Positions 29,907 to 43,984 are shown, counted from the whole stretch's first letter. The stretch: DNA of 63,982 nt, filler included, from Octopus bimaculoides (GCF_001194135.2; 5 parts of 5 records of this genome joined end to end with filler, not necessarily neighbours in it), one strand, 5' to 3'. Notes: generated by a model not told the origin, from the sequence alone. Numbers and translations: made by a program.

Positions 29907-30212
29907 CCAATTTCTGCTTAAGTAAGGAATTACTATGTTATTGTCTATGTTTCGGAGGTTGAATAAAACAGTACCAGTGGTATGCTGGTGTTCATGAAGT
30001 GGTGTGTTCTCTAATGAAGGATGTGTAATCTTGTGTCTCAGATAGAAACCGACATTCTGAATTTTCTGTTTCACTCATGTTCTCCGTTCGGATCTTCGCT
30101 TATGTCTTCCATATCTAAGGGGCATTGCCTTTAATTTAGTAATTTACACTATTTCTTTCTCTCTCGTTTCTTCTGTGTACACACAGATACACGCACACAC
30201 ACACACACACAC

Positions 30213-30250
<38 letters not shown>

Positions 30251-31139
30251 CCGCGCACATGCATACAGAGGGGTGTCATTCTGTCTGCTTCTCTATTTCG
30301 CATTCTATCTGCCTGACTCACACACAGGCTTACACCTACTATCCTTTCACATATTTATTTATACACACATACACACACACACACACTGAACTGCTAAAAA
30401 AAATCAAGGTAATTCTTTGTTGGGCAGGGGGGGTCATTCAGAAAGTCACGTGGGTTGCAGTTTTCCTGACTAGTTTCGAAGCTCACTCGTGGACCATCTA
30501 CGTTTGTAGGTTTTATTGGTTGCACCGTCTTAATGACTTACATGTAGCAAAACAAACTGGAGCATCAACAGTTGTCTTGGGTGTAGATACGCCTCAGTAC
30601 CAATAATAAAACAGTTACACAACAATAAATATTAAATTAATAATCTGTTAACTTCATCGCTTCAGTAATCCCGTTTTACTTTCTCGCAGCTACATCAATA
30701 TAACACTTAATCTCTCAGAAACTCACAAAAAAACAAAATGGCTTTCTGACATTTTTTTTCGTTCTATTTCATAGGAAACTTCAGACAATTTGGCTGAATG
30801 AATAAATAAGCATTCAATATATTTACGTTGTATTTTCCTCCGTGATGTCTCCCTGGGGGAAGAAGCTGCCAAATGATTGATGAATCGATCTATGATAATC
30901 TGTTGTACAATGAATGAAAGTAATCAAGACTAAAACGATGGCGATTTAAGTAAAATTATTCGTTCGAAACATCTGGAACAAAAGCACAAACTCCCAGAGT
31001 AGTTCACGTGATGTAGACGACGTAAGATATAGATCGATGAATTGTGTTGAGTCGCTGTAACCCGATGGCCTGGCATGGCCTGATAGCCGAGATATCGATC
31101 AGAAAACTTCGTGGGTCAATGATTAAATTTTTGTTACCA

Positions 31140-31400
31140 ATGGTTGTGCGGAAGATATTGATGAAGATGGTAGTGGTGGTGTTGGTGATGGCGATGATGT
31201 TGGTGTTGGTGGTAGTGGTGGTTGCGGTGGGAGTAATGAAGATATTGAAAGTGTTTCTTTTTTTTTATTGGCGGTGGTGATGGTAGTAGTACTGATGATG
31301 ATACTGGTAGTATTGTATGTTGTAGTGATGGTAATGGTGGTGTTGGTAGTAGTGATGATGGTGGCGGTGTACTGGCGGTGGTGAGGGTGATGGGCTAATG
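31140..31400. repeat. Degenerate (GGT/GAT/GTA)n trinucleotide array
   Basis: Direct reading. Confidence 0.8.
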
Positions 31401-31501
31401 GTGGTAATTGTACTAAACTGACGTGTTAGTAAGTATGAACAACACATTAAGTTGGTGAGTCATCTCCTAAGACTTCATCTTCGTATACGATATATCTAGA
31501 G

Positions 31502-31567
<66 letters not shown>

Positions 31568-31575
31568 CACATACA

Positions 31576-31794
31576 CGAAGGGGTGCTGAAAAGATCCTGG
31601 TTTTAAGGATATCACGAATGGCCTGGTTGGCGCCCCAACCTTTCGAGTTCTTTTAAAGGGATTAGAGAAACTGAAGGACCGCTGCCATAGGTGTGTGAAT
31701 CTGAGAGGGGGAATATGTTGAATAAATTCACAACTAACTGATCGTCCTGTATTTTTCTTTTACCCAAAACCAGAAACCTTTGAGCACCTCCTCG
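31576..31794 (+). mobile_element. Mariner-derived MITE
   Basis: TIRs CGAAGGGGTGCTGAAAAGATCCTGG / CCAGAAACCTTTGAGCACCTCCTCG followed by TA; encodes a mariner C-terminal remnant GLEKLKDRCHRCVNLR. Confidence 0.8.
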
Positions 31795-32229
31795 TACATA
31801 TCAAAATATATAGATATAAGTTCATATAAGATTCTATACTGCATTCCTGGACTCTCTCGGGGCTTTGATGAATGAGGGTTCAATATGCCACAGCTGATCT
31901 GTGAAAAACGATAAACACTCTGCGACCTCCGAAATACAGGTTAAAAGCCGAAGACTTCCAGTAACATCTACCCATCCCCGTCGCTTCTTACCTTGTTACC
32001 ACTGGATTTATGAAGAGAGTGTGATGGGGTTGGTGCTGGTGCCCTGAGTTGCTGAACAACCTGCATGAAGATTATTAATATAGAGGATATGGTCTGTGCA
32101 CAAACAGTCCCGTTCTCTCGTCCTTCAAACTTGTACAGATCTGGTGCAACAAGGGCCGCAAAGCCAGTAGATAGAATGCAGGATTTGTATGGAGTTATCT
32201 TCTTTTAGTTGAGCAGCTAAAGACAAGAA

Positions 32230-32720
32230 TGGCCTCATCTGCCTTGTATCCGTTGGGGGTGCCTGTGAGTAACATCCTGGAAGCAATTTCGTAGCATTCT
32301 AATTATCCCAAAGCGGGGACCTTGGCAAGTGCTACCTTTTCCATACGATCCTATTAGAAACAGCCGTCACTTCTTTTCATGGTTGGATTCACAAGTGCGA
32401 TCAACTGAGACTCAACGTATAATCTAATCTTCTTGTTCTTGGTTCTTGGTGTATCTCTTGGTCTTGTTCCGGTTTGCTCGGCTTGAAGAATCCGTTTGGC
32501 GATTCTGGTTATTTCCGGCACCATTCTACTCACAGGTCCACAGTACGGGAGATGTGTCCTTTCAATGCAGAAAATTAGCCTCTTGACCTGAAGCGACTTC
32601 CTGATCTTCGCGTTACGTACCATATCGAGTTAACGTTATTCCACAGATTCTTTTGGATATCTGGAGTAATATTACTCGATAGTGTCGTACTCTGTCGGCC
32701 ATTATACGATTTATACCAAA
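32230..32720 (-). pseudogene. RTE-clade (Rex3/Expander-like) LINE 3' fragment
   Basis: KRICGITL..MVRNAKIRKSLQVKRLIFCIERTHLPYCGPVSRMVPE..RIAKRILQAEQTGTRPR matches the RTE C-terminal region. Confidence 0.75.
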
Positions 32721-33564
32721 CGAATTATACACTAAAACGTGGGGATTTGGACTAGGTGCTAAAAATAGCAGCAAAATCACCCTGAAATCCCATCCTGATG
32801 TAATAAAAACGAAAGGTACGTTAACTACCCTATTCTTACGCGCATCAATATATAGACTATATGAGGTTAGTATTCAGTGTTATCTCCTTACAATACAACG
32901 GCTTCCTTACGTCCTTACAAACACGCAAACACGCACACATACACGCACATACGCACATTCTTGCTGTTCATATAAAACACTTCTCCGCACGCGAACCGTT
33001 AAATATTAAACGAAAGTGGCAGTCACTTTTGCCTCGAAAGTCTGGCCTATAACCGTATTTACGTTGTCGTTCTATTGATTTATTGAAGTATCGTTCATCA
33101 ATTATCTTTGGTCTCCGTATTGCTGTCACAGATGTAATGCTATTCATGGAACGGTTTAAACGCTGGTGTCGTCAGTGTTGCTGGATGTCGTTAACATGCA
33201 AACTACAGCAGTATATAATTCGATATTGAACAGCAGAAAATCAAATATGATAGCGACGTACTCCAAACCAATCAGCTGCCGTAGTTTCAATTTGCAATGT
33301 TACCCTGTTGTTGCACTTGTTCTTTACTTATTGACTTTTCTCGTTGATGTTCAGATATTTTGTAGACATGGAAACCAATCCAAAATAATTTTGCACATAA
33401 GCACAAGGCCTCCAATGTTTCAATGATTGTGCAAAGGGGAGAAGTCGATTAAATCGATTTTCTGTTCTTTACAGGATTTTTATATCGATCTCGTTGGGAT
33501 CTGAATTCAATGAAACAACGCACTATTTTTTCAGGCATTCAAGCAATTTCATCACCCAACGATT

Positions 33565-33614
<50 letters not shown>

Positions 33615-34022
33615 TTCAAATTTTTCCACAAGGGCAGCTTGGGGGAGGTGGGGATGATTTGATGACATTGACCCCAGTGTTCAGCTGGTATTTATTTATC
33701 GACCCCAAATGAGAATCACAAGATCTTGTGGTGCCTCCACATAAAAACTAATCATCCTATTGAAGTAAGATGACAAGATATGATTATAGGGATAAAATAA
33801 ATCCAAAGTGTAAGGTCATAGACTTTGCAATTCCCTACGATAGCAAAGTCGACACCAAAGAAAAAAAAATTGTGGTATATCAGGATCTAGCCAGAGAGAA
33901 CCTGAAAGGATGAAAGACAAAAAGTGAACCTCGACGGAATTTGAACTCAGAACGTAGCGATGGGTAAAATACCGTTAAGCATTACGTCCAGCGTGCAAAC
34001 GACTCTGCCAGCTTGCCGGCTT
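33615..34022 (-). mobile_element. SINE-A copy interrupted by a ~195-bp insert
   Basis: SINE text breaks at ATCGACCCC (33706) and resumes at CCTGAAAGGATGAAAG (33901). Confidence 0.75.
33707..33900 (+). pseudogene. REL-endonuclease fragment of an R2/R4/Dong-type LINE
   Basis: DKINPKCKVIDFAIPYDSKVDTKEK..I..YQDLARE fits the REL catalytic region (D..P.D...KE.EK..KY.DL). Confidence 0.65.
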
Positions 34023-34081
34023 CCGTAGCAATGATAATAATAATAATAATAATAATAATAATAGTGATAATAATGATAGTG

Positions 34082-34131
<50 letters not shown>

Positions 34132-34137
<6 letters not shown>

Positions 34138-34439
34138 ATACAAAGACCTGGAAATAGAGATAACTCGAATGTGGAATCTAAAAACAGAAACAATTCCTAT
34201 CATAGTAGGTGCCTTAGGTATAATAAAAAAATATTCAGACAAATACATAACAAAAACACCAGGACTTACAAATATATATAACATACAGAAAATTGCACTA
34301 CTGGGTACTGCACACATTCTACGCAAAACACTTTCAATACAGTAAACATAAGAGCACCACAGCAAACCACAGCACATACCCAAGGCGCACAGAGCTGCGC
34401 TCGGTAGTGAAGTGAAAGCACGTTATAAAAATAAAACTA

Positions 34440-34443
<4 letters not shown>
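34132..34443 (+). mobile_element. 5'-truncated Dong/R4-like REL non-LTR retrotransposon in (AAT)n
   Basis: Open C-terminus KYKDLEIEITRMWNLKTETIPIIVGALGIIKK...IQKIALLGTAHILRKTLSIQ* (stop at 34345) plus 3' UTR; flanked on both sides by (AAT)n. Confidence 0.85.
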
Positions 34444-34475
<32 letters not shown>

Positions 34476-35147
34476 TCCAACCTTATGAGGCCGAACTAAA
34501 CTGAGAAAAACAATGCATTTAATACAAATTCATATGTATGCACCGGATTACACTCGACAGAAATTAAGGTATCGAAATTATTTCATTGATTAGACAGAAC
34601 AGTTAAATTTTAAATGCTGAAATTCCAAGGACATCGCAGTATATAATGTTTGAAATCTCTTAAAATCATAATTGATCTTGCATCTTAATGAGAAAGCTGA
34701 TTCTCCAGTGTTGTGAAAAGTTCAGAGTTGTTAGGTGTGATTGATGAGGCGATAATTCTTAATTAGTTTACAAGATTATCACCATTAAGTTTTGTCCTGC
34801 AGGGTTACTTGGATTAATTGAATATCGAGAAAAATTGATCGTTATAAAAATAGTGATGAAGTCATTCACTGCTTGATTACTAAAAATTGACATCTTTCAT
34901 TATGTATTTAGCATTCATAAATTCTCAAATACACAAACTATGAAATTTGGATATAACATACTCGAATTATATGAGAATTAAAACAAGCAAGAGTTCATTG
35001 GCTAACATCAAAAATCACACCACGCCTTTTATTTGTAGCTTGTGTTCATAATTTTGAAAATCTTGAAATTTCATTTGAAACTAATTTCAATCACTGAAAC
35101 CTTTTGAAGTTTATTTAACCGTCTGTTTTGGTTTTCTGTTGTTTTAG

Positions 35148-35224
35148 GGTTGGATTATGTATCCGGCAGTTTTACCAGACACAATAAGGAGACATGCAGC
35201 ATTAAGTCAAAGTCACTTATGTTG
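35148..35224 (+). other. Candidate internal exon (77 bp) of an unidentified transcript
   Basis: Pyrimidine-rich acceptor TTTTCTGTTGTTTTAG and donor TTG/GTAAGA in unique sequence; two frames open; product not recognised. Confidence 0.35.
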
Positions 35225-35370
35225 GTAAGAAACGATTCGTCTTTTATAATTTCTTCATTATGTTGCTAATAATATCGCCAACCATGCCAAACCCCAGAAA
35301 CGTGTTTGATTTTCTTATTCTTTGAATGGAATAGCTGTAACAATCACGAACTTTTGTTTCAGATAGTAAT

Positions 35371-35532
35371 TCACAGGGGCTAAACATAGAGGGAACAAAG
35401 GGTTAAATTCGATTCCATCGACCCCAGTGCGTAACGGGTACCTATTTAATCGACCCCGAAAGGGTGAAAGGCAAAGTCGACCTCGGCGGATTTTGAACTC
35501 AGAACGTAACGGCAGACGAAACACCGCTAAGT
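35371..35532 (-). mobile_element. SINE-A copy (5'-truncated)
   Basis: GGGGCTAAACATAGAGGG...GCAAAGTCGACCTCGGCGG. Confidence 0.9.
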
Positions 35533-35840
35533 ACGTGTGTGCGCGCGTGCATGTGTGTGTCTCTACATTTCTATGCATCTATTTATCTGTTTATCCCTCT
35601 ATTCATTTATCTGTCTCTCTCTGCCTCTCTCTTTCTCTCTATCATTAATCCAACTTTGTACAATTTGACTAATCTTTATTCTATTATCGAGAGACAATTC
35701 TGAAGAAATTGCATTCTAACAAAACCACATGCAACAAAACACACACACACACACACACACAAAGACACACAAGCACATCCAAACACAAAGACACAGAATT
35801 ACCACTTCTCTTCTTTCTCCATTTCCTCCAATTGTATTAG

Positions 35841-35871
<31 letters not shown>

Positions 35872-36766
35872 TATTTACATACATACGCGCAATCTCACAC
35901 ACATACACCTACGGCATCACACGTACCCCTACCCGACTCTGAGCTTCCATTCCGTCCTTACACCCTCCGCCATAAGTCCACGGTCTCATTCCTGGTATTT
36001 TGTCTCTCTTCCATAATTACAACTGGAACACCTTCAAGACTAACCACATGATACACACATATATATATCACATATATACACGTGCATACACACAAGACTA
36101 AAACATACATACACACATACATACATGCAAGCACGCACATGTATGCACACACATGCATACATATGTATACCAACATATAACGCACACATGCACATACATG
36201 CATATGTATGTACATATGCATACTCATATGGCATACACATACGTACACATATATACACAAGTATGCACACATACGTACACAAGTACAGATACATGCACGT
36301 GACGTACTCATATACACACATTTGTATACATGCGTACACATATCTGCACATACGCATTCACACATTCACACATAAGTAAACATACATACACACGAACATA
36401 CACACGTGTTCACATAGACACACTCCAAAGGAGACAAGAAACATGTAGCACAAATGTTAGTTTTTTTTCCTCGATAATAGAAAAGAGACTTCGATTTTTC
36501 ATCATCTTTTCATAAGAATACCATAGCAGACATACTGGAAGTACAAACAAACGTACACACACACACATACATACATACATACATACATACATACATACAC
36601 ACATGCATACATGCATGTATAAATACATACATGCATACGAACACACATATATACACACACCAAACGCATAGGCGCTCACACATTGACTAAATGTGTTTGT
36701 GAGTGTGCGTGCGCGTGTGTTTGTGTGTCAGTGTGTGCATGTGTGTGTGTGTGATAGTATGTACGC

Positions 36767-36829
<63 letters not shown>

Positions 36830-36877
36830 TAATACATACATGTATATATATGTCTGTATGTACTATGTATGTATGTA

Positions 36878-36913
<36 letters not shown>

Positions 36914-37567
36914 TACAGAGTTTCATTATTGCAATTCTACATTTTGACCATTTCTTTTAGACGGAATATTCTTCATGTCCATATTCCTTATTTATTCTAT
37001 TGTCGGACATAATACAAAGAAAATAATTTTTGGAAAGTAATTTACACAGCTACGGCCTCTGGGCTTTCCGTTTCTTCTTTATTGTAAAATGAGCTTGCTC
37101 TCATTTATTCTCAGACTTTCTCATATCACACGAGACTTCACAAAGTAGCCATCATGAATAATTCATTGGTTATTGAAATAAACCAAAGAATCTAAGATGT
37201 TTTCCTCTACTCCCACTTAAGGACTACTTCTTGCATGAAACTAGTCAGAGTCCTGTATGTGAATGGTTGTGTGATGGTCATTAATATGGAAATATTTCAC
37301 TTATTATCTATAAAGAATTCTCTCTTTATTTGTTGATTTATATCGCACAATACATTTTATACAATCATACATATGCAATATCTTGTTTCTTTGTTCGAAG
37401 TTAAAGGCTTACTTCATCTATGCTCACATTTTCTTGCTGCGCATGTACAGAAGAAAAGAATTGATGAAAAGGAGCGAAGACCTTCGTCGGAGAATTCAAC
37501 GATTAAGTCGACGCTAGACATGTGCAATAGTTTCATATTCATTGGTCATTAATGGCTCGGTAATCGT

Positions 37568-37951
37568 GGCACTCCGTCGGTTACGAAGACGAGGGTTCCA
37601 GTTGATCCGATCAACGGAACAACTTGCTGCTCATGAAATTAATGTTCAAGTGGCTGAGCACTCCACAGACATGTGTACCCTTAACGTAGTTCTCGGGGGA
37701 GATTCAGCGTGACACTGAGTGGGACAAGGCTGGCCCCTTTGAAATACAGGTACAACAGGAACAGGAGGAAAGGGTGAGAGAAAGTTGTGGTGAAATAGTA
37801 CAGTAAGATTCGCCACCCGCCCCCTGCCGGAGCCTCGTGGAGCTTTAGGTGTTTTCGCTCAATATACATTCACAACGCCCGGTCTGGGGATCGAAACTAC
37901 GATCCTACGACCGCGAGACCACTCCCTAACCGCTGGGCCATTGCGCCTCCA
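37568..37951 (-). mobile_element. tRNA-derived SINE (same family as 11033-11418)
   Basis: Reverse-complement homology along the full length. Confidence 0.9.
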
Positions 37952-38269
37952 CCCTGTATACGTAGTTATGTGTATATACGTATACACGTGTGTGAAGAAT
38001 GAGTTCTTTTCACATATAACTAATTTCAAATTTGTATTTCCAATCATTTCATCTTTTAGTTCTGAAATACATAGAATTATTTATATTGCATTGCGTACGT
38101 CCCTCTCTGTCTGTCTCTCTCTCCTTGTCTTACCCCACCCTCTCGCTCTCTCTCTTTCCATATGTGTATGTATGTATGTATGTATGTATGTATGTATATA
38201 CGTACGATCCATAGACATATTGTACACATTTCTATTTTCCCAATGAATTTATGTAAAAAATACTCAATC

Positions 38270-38282
38270 ATTATTATTATTA

Positions 38283-38361
<79 letters not shown>

Positions 38362-38480
38362 TATTATTGATGATGATGATGACGATGATGATGATGATAA
38401 TAATAATAATAATAATATTACTCTTATTATTGTTGTTGCTGTTGCTGTTGGTGGTGGTGGTGGTGGTGTTATATCTATTA
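38270..38480. repeat. (ATT)n-(GAT)n-(AAT)n-(GTT/GGT)n compound array
   Basis: Direct reading. Confidence 0.9.
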
Positions 38481-38783
38481 TTGATGATAATGGTATCATG
38501 TTATCCATTCAATCATATATTTTTCGAAAGATGTTCCATTCCTCCTTCCGTAGTTCAGTCTGTCTCCATCCGTTTATTATGTGTAATCACGTCTTATCTA
38601 TCCATCTATCTATCCATCTATCTACCTATCTAGCTATCTGTCTGTCTGTCTGTCTGTCTGTTTATTTATCTATCTATCTGTCTATCTATTTATAAATATA
38701 TAAATGTATGCATTTTGGCATGTATGTATATATCAGCCAATACATTCTTCTCGTCCATTCGTCTTTCTATCTAACTTTCATTC

Positions 38784-38826
<43 letters not shown>

Positions 38827-39197
38827 CCTATCTATCTATCCGTCTGTCTGTCTGTCTGTCTGTCAATCTATCTATCTACCTACGCTTCTTTCTCACAAAA
38901 CCTTTCCCTCCTCCCCCTCCTCTTCTTCCTCCTCTTCTTCCTCCTCCCGTTTCGATTCATCATACCCGCAGCAGCTTTCTATTCCCTACCGTACAAACCC
39001 CATACCGACTCACTTCCCTTCATTGCTTGAAACCAAAAATTGAAGAAATCTAAAACTGCAAACAGATGGAATGGTTATTCCTTTATCTGCCAACATAAGT
39101 GATTTGATGAAAGATTTTTACAATTACTATAGAAAATAACACATGCCTTTCATACTTTCATACATATATAGGTTTTTCCATCGAATACCCGATGCTA

Positions 39198-39260
<63 letters not shown>

Positions 39261-39391
39261 TTTCATTTCGTAATCGTATCTCGTCAAAATGGTGGTAGAG
39301 GAAGAGAAAAAAAAAAAACTTTAGAAATATTAAAGTATTGATTTTTGATGTAGCCATGATGTGTGCGCGCGCGAGAGTTTGCGTTTGTGTG

Positions 39392-39444
<53 letters not shown>

Positions 39445-39599
39445 ATATATATGGATACGTATGCATGTACATATACTCAGACTCACACACACACATACTC
39501 ATGTTTCTGCATATATATATAAGTATGTATATATGTGAATGTATTAGCCATTGTGTATCTGTGTGTGTGTGTGCATGTGTGTGAGTACGTGTGCTTGTT

Positions 39600-39630
<31 letters not shown>

Positions 39631-40132
39631 GGTTGGGAAAAGGTTTCTTTGAGACGCCATTTATTGTCGCTTCTCTTCCTGAAAAAGGAAGCCATACAAA
39701 TGGTAGATATTGTTACATATAGATATATACCAGCCTACATTTTACTTCACATCGAATTTAACTATGCACGTATAGATCATTACACACACACACAAACTCA
39801 CACACACGCACACACACAAATACACACACACATACACACACACAAGCATATATAAACGCCTGAACACGTAATTGTTTGTGTGTGCATGTATACATATATG
39901 TGTGTGTGTGTCTGCTTATGCATATACTTATGAAAGTATGTATGTATATACAATATATATATGTGTGTGTGAGTGAGTGTGTGTGTGTGTGCGCGCGTGC
40001 GTGTATCTGTGTACATTCGAAGACGGTTCTAAAGATTGACAATGTAATTCACAATGAATTGGTCAGTTTTACAGTGATCTTGATTCACACCATCATAAAC
40101 TGGACATATATACTGTCACTAGAAATATACTG

Positions 40133-40200
40133 CAGCCTTCATCAGGTGTCCTGGTAGAAATTTGAACCCAAACCTGGGTTCTCATCCCTAAGGTATTTTT
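40133..40200 (-). repeat. Truncated Penelope-type HH-B terminal repeat
   Basis: Reverse complement AAATACCTTAGGGATGAGAACCCAGG...GACACCTGATGAAGGCTG, truncated inside stem II; adjacent to (ACT)/(ATT)n. Confidence 0.7.
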
Positions 40201-40232
40201 GCTGATGTTCTAATTACTACTACTACTACTAC

Positions 40233-40281
<49 letters not shown>

Positions 40282-42009
40282 CCAGAATAATCAATATTTA
40301 TAAGACGTTTAGTGGATATTAGTTACCGTTTTATTAATTTATTAATGTTTNNNNNNNNNNNNNNNNNNNNNNNNNNNNNNNNNNNNNNNNNNNNNNNNNN
40401 NNNNNNNNNNNNNNNNNNNNNNNNNNNNNNNNNNNNNNNNNNNNNNNNNNNNNNNNNNNNNNNNNNNNNNNNNNNNNNNNNNNNNNNNNNNNNNNNNNNN
40501 NNNNNNNNNNNNNNNNNNNNNNNNNNNNNNNNNNNNNNNNNNNNNNNNNNNNNNNNNNNNNNNNNNNNNNNNNNNNNNNNNNNNNNNNNNNNNNNNNNNN
40601 NNNNNNNNNNNNNNNNNNNNNNNNNNNNNNNNNNNNNNNNNNNNNNNNNNNNNNNNNNNNNNNNNNNNNNNNNNNNNNNNNNNNNNNNNNNNNNNNNNNN
40701 NNNNNNNNNNNNNNNNNNNNNNNNNNNNNNNNNNNNNNNNNNNNNNNNNNNNNNNNNNNNNNNNNNNNNNNNNNNNNNNNNNNNNNNNNNNNNNNNNNNN
40801 NNNNNNNNNNNNNNNNNNNNNNNNNNNNNNNNNNNNNNNNNNNNNNNNNNNNNNNNNNNNNNNNNNNNNNNNNNNNNNNNNNNNNNNNNNNNNNNNNNNN
40901 NNNNNNNNNNNNNNNNNNNNNNNNNNNNNNNNNNNNNNNNNNNNNNNNNNNNNNNNNNNNNNNNNNNNNNNNNNNNNNNNNNNNNNNNNNNNNNNNNNNN
41001 NNNNNNNNNNNNNNNNNNNNNNNNNNNNNNNNNNNNNNNNNNNNNNNNNNNNNNNNNNNNNNNNNNNNNNNNNNNNNNNNNNNNNNNNNNNNNNNNNNNN
41101 NNNNNNNNNNNNNNNNNNNNNNNNNNNNNNNNNNNNNNNNNNNNNNNNNNNNNNNNNNNNNNNNNNATATATATATATATATATATAAACTATTTACATC
41201 GTTAATGTTAAATGTCATTAAATTTTTAACGGTTTTTTATTATTTTTACATTGCTTTGTGGTTCTTATTTAAACGCTCTTCATCTCATATTCATTAAACA
41301 AAAATATATTTTCACACTTTAAACGCAAAACGAAATGCATTGAAACACTGCAAACTCACAAAATATTCTTTATTTCTTGATTCTGGTTTTATAATTTTCA
41401 TGTCGCATCTTTACTGGCAACAAAATTCATTTTCGATTTAACTCGCCTTTGCCAATTTTGGAGTCCAATCCATGGCTCACCTCGAGACAATATTAAAAGA
41501 TGGTTAAAGGCAATAAGCTGACAGAATCGGTTGCACGCAGAGCGTAATCTTGTTAAGTTCTGAAGTTTCTCCGCATAACCACAATGCTTCTTACGCCGAT
41601 CAATCATATCGTTTCTATTTGATTTCCTTCGATCACGGTTAAAGTTCCTCCTCGTTTCGCCACCACGACAGTGATCAATTCCTCGTGATCTCCGTGACAT
41701 GCACTGATCCTCGTGACCGGTGTGTGGAGGAGGTGTAGATCTCAGTAGGTGATACATAGACAAATCCTCTCAATTTGTCACCACCGACACGGTCTCCCCC
41801 CTACATCAACTATTGACCGTGCCCCCACCGAACATGGTTAATTACTCGAGAAATTGTCGAATGGCTGACGGCAAATAACAGTTCAAATATCTGACTTTCT
41901 TTCTGCACGCAGTGTTTAGCAAGCTGGAAGAATTTTGCGCTTCGTTTCGATGCGAGTGCGTCGATATTGCGTGCAATGCTCGGTCAACGTTAAAACATAT
42001 TGATTTCAA

Positions 42010-42445
42010 GTTTTGGCACAAGGCCAGCAATTTCGGGGGAGGCGGGGTTAAGCAAAATTATATCGACTCTACTATTCAACTGGTACTTGTTTAATCGACC
42101 TCCGAAGGATGAAAGGCAAAATCGACCGTTGTGGCATTTGATCTCAAAACGTAAAGAGCTAAAAGTTATGCCGCCGCTAAGCATTTTTTTTCGGGCGTGG
42201 TATCGATTCTGCCAGCTCGCTGCCTTAATATTAAGAAATATTAATTTCAAAGGGAAATAGTTTCGGAGGCGGAAGTTAAATCGATTACATCGATCCAGTG
42301 TTCAACTGGCACTTGTTTTATTGACCGCCACCACCGAAAGGATGAAAAAAGGCAAAGTTGCCCGTTGCGGCATTTGAACTCAGAGCCGCAAGAAATGCCG
42401 ATAAGTATTTTGCCCGGTCCGTTAACGATTCTGCCAGCTCTCCGT
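42010..42445 (-). mobile_element. Two tandem SINE-A copies
   Basis: Two units (~42010-42228 and ~42265-42445), each with AAGGATGAAA..CAAA and GATTCTGCCAGCTC. Confidence 0.85.
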
Positions 42446-42814
42446 CTTTTAACTGAAAGGAATATGAAAGTAGAACTATATTTATTATTTTCCACAGTCT
42501 ATAATTACAAAATACAAGACCATGGTCCAGTGGTTAAGTGTGAGTGACTCACAATCGTTAGGTCGAGGGATCGACTCAGGCGGACTGTTGAACCAGGTAT
42601 TCATTTTTATGTTGCTCGATTTCACTTAGTTGAAACTGCGTCTCAATTGGGACTGGGGTCAACTCAGTGATGGATTAGAGTCCTGTTCAATGGCTAAGGC
42701 CCTGTACTGTCAGTCAAGTAAACACCATGAAAATCCACACCAGCTTCCGTTAGCCGTAGTTTCGAGAGTGACTCATTTAGACCTTGTTAGCGTTCAACAC
42801 TTACCTGAACTAGC

Positions 42815-42855
<41 letters not shown>

Positions 42856-42869
42856 GTTTGCTAATTGTG

Positions 42870-43100
42870 ATTTTAGGGATGAATTATAGTTATTTAACCC
42901 AGGTCAGTCCTGTTTCATCACACCTATGATCGAAGCCGTTCCATTCTTGACAATCCACCTTTTTAGGAACATATAAGACTACGTTTTTAGTAAATCATTT
43001 CTAAAGACGCTTCGGTATGATTCACAGGAAACTCGGATGCTATTTCTAGCAGGTCCATCGACCACATAAGACTCTATCGTTGGCTTGTGTTCCTTCGGTG
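42870..43100 (+). repeat. Dispersed repeat family C (GCTATTTCTAGCAGG motif)
   Basis: Related pieces at ~32745-32810, ~54260-54330, ~54470-54510 and ~57560-57725; class unknown. Confidence 0.5.
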
Positions 43101-43410
43101 CGATTAAAATTTGGCATCGCTATTTTTTCGCCAATATTTGGTACGACTATATTTGTCATTACCGTAGTTGCAGTGGTTGACGTACACGCCCCATTGCCCG
43201 ACATGAGATCGATCCCACTTCCTTGACGCTTTCACGTGTGTCTATATGGTTACTGTTGCCATTGGTTTTGTCTAGAATAACGCCTTTAATGACTTTCACC
43301 TATGAATTTTCTACAAGTTAAAACATGTTTGTCATATAAAACATGCATAAAAACACATGCATAAATACACATGCATATATATATGTATGTATATATATAC
43401 ATGTTTGTAT

Positions 43411-43465
<55 letters not shown>

Positions 43466-43984
43466 TGTACACGAGCTGGTGCTCATACGTACAGACATGT
43501 ATATGTTGTTTGGATACGAGCGAAAAACGTGTATGTAAGCATGTATGCGCGCGTGCATGTTGCATGAATGCACATATATATATATATACTAACATGCGTT
43601 TATATGTTTACAAGCATGAGTGTATAAATATATATGTGTGTGTGTGTGTGTGTGTGTACACACACGCATATATAATAATTATCTATAAATATACGTACCA
43701 GCACGCATGCATAAACCTCTGAATGGTAATCATCAAGTAATCACGCAAATGTGGTCAATAGTCAGCTACGCACATATGAATATTAATACGGAGAGACAAA
43801 CAGACAGACAGACAGATAGATAGAGAGAAAGAGGGGTGGGGAGNNNNNNNNNNNNNNNNNNNNNNNNNNNNNNNNNNNNNNNNNNNNTTAATTAATTAAN
43901 NNNNNNNNNNNNNNNNNNNNNNNNNNNNNNNNNNNNNNNNNNNTATAGTAGAAAGATTATTGTATAATATTTTCGTAATCCTTC

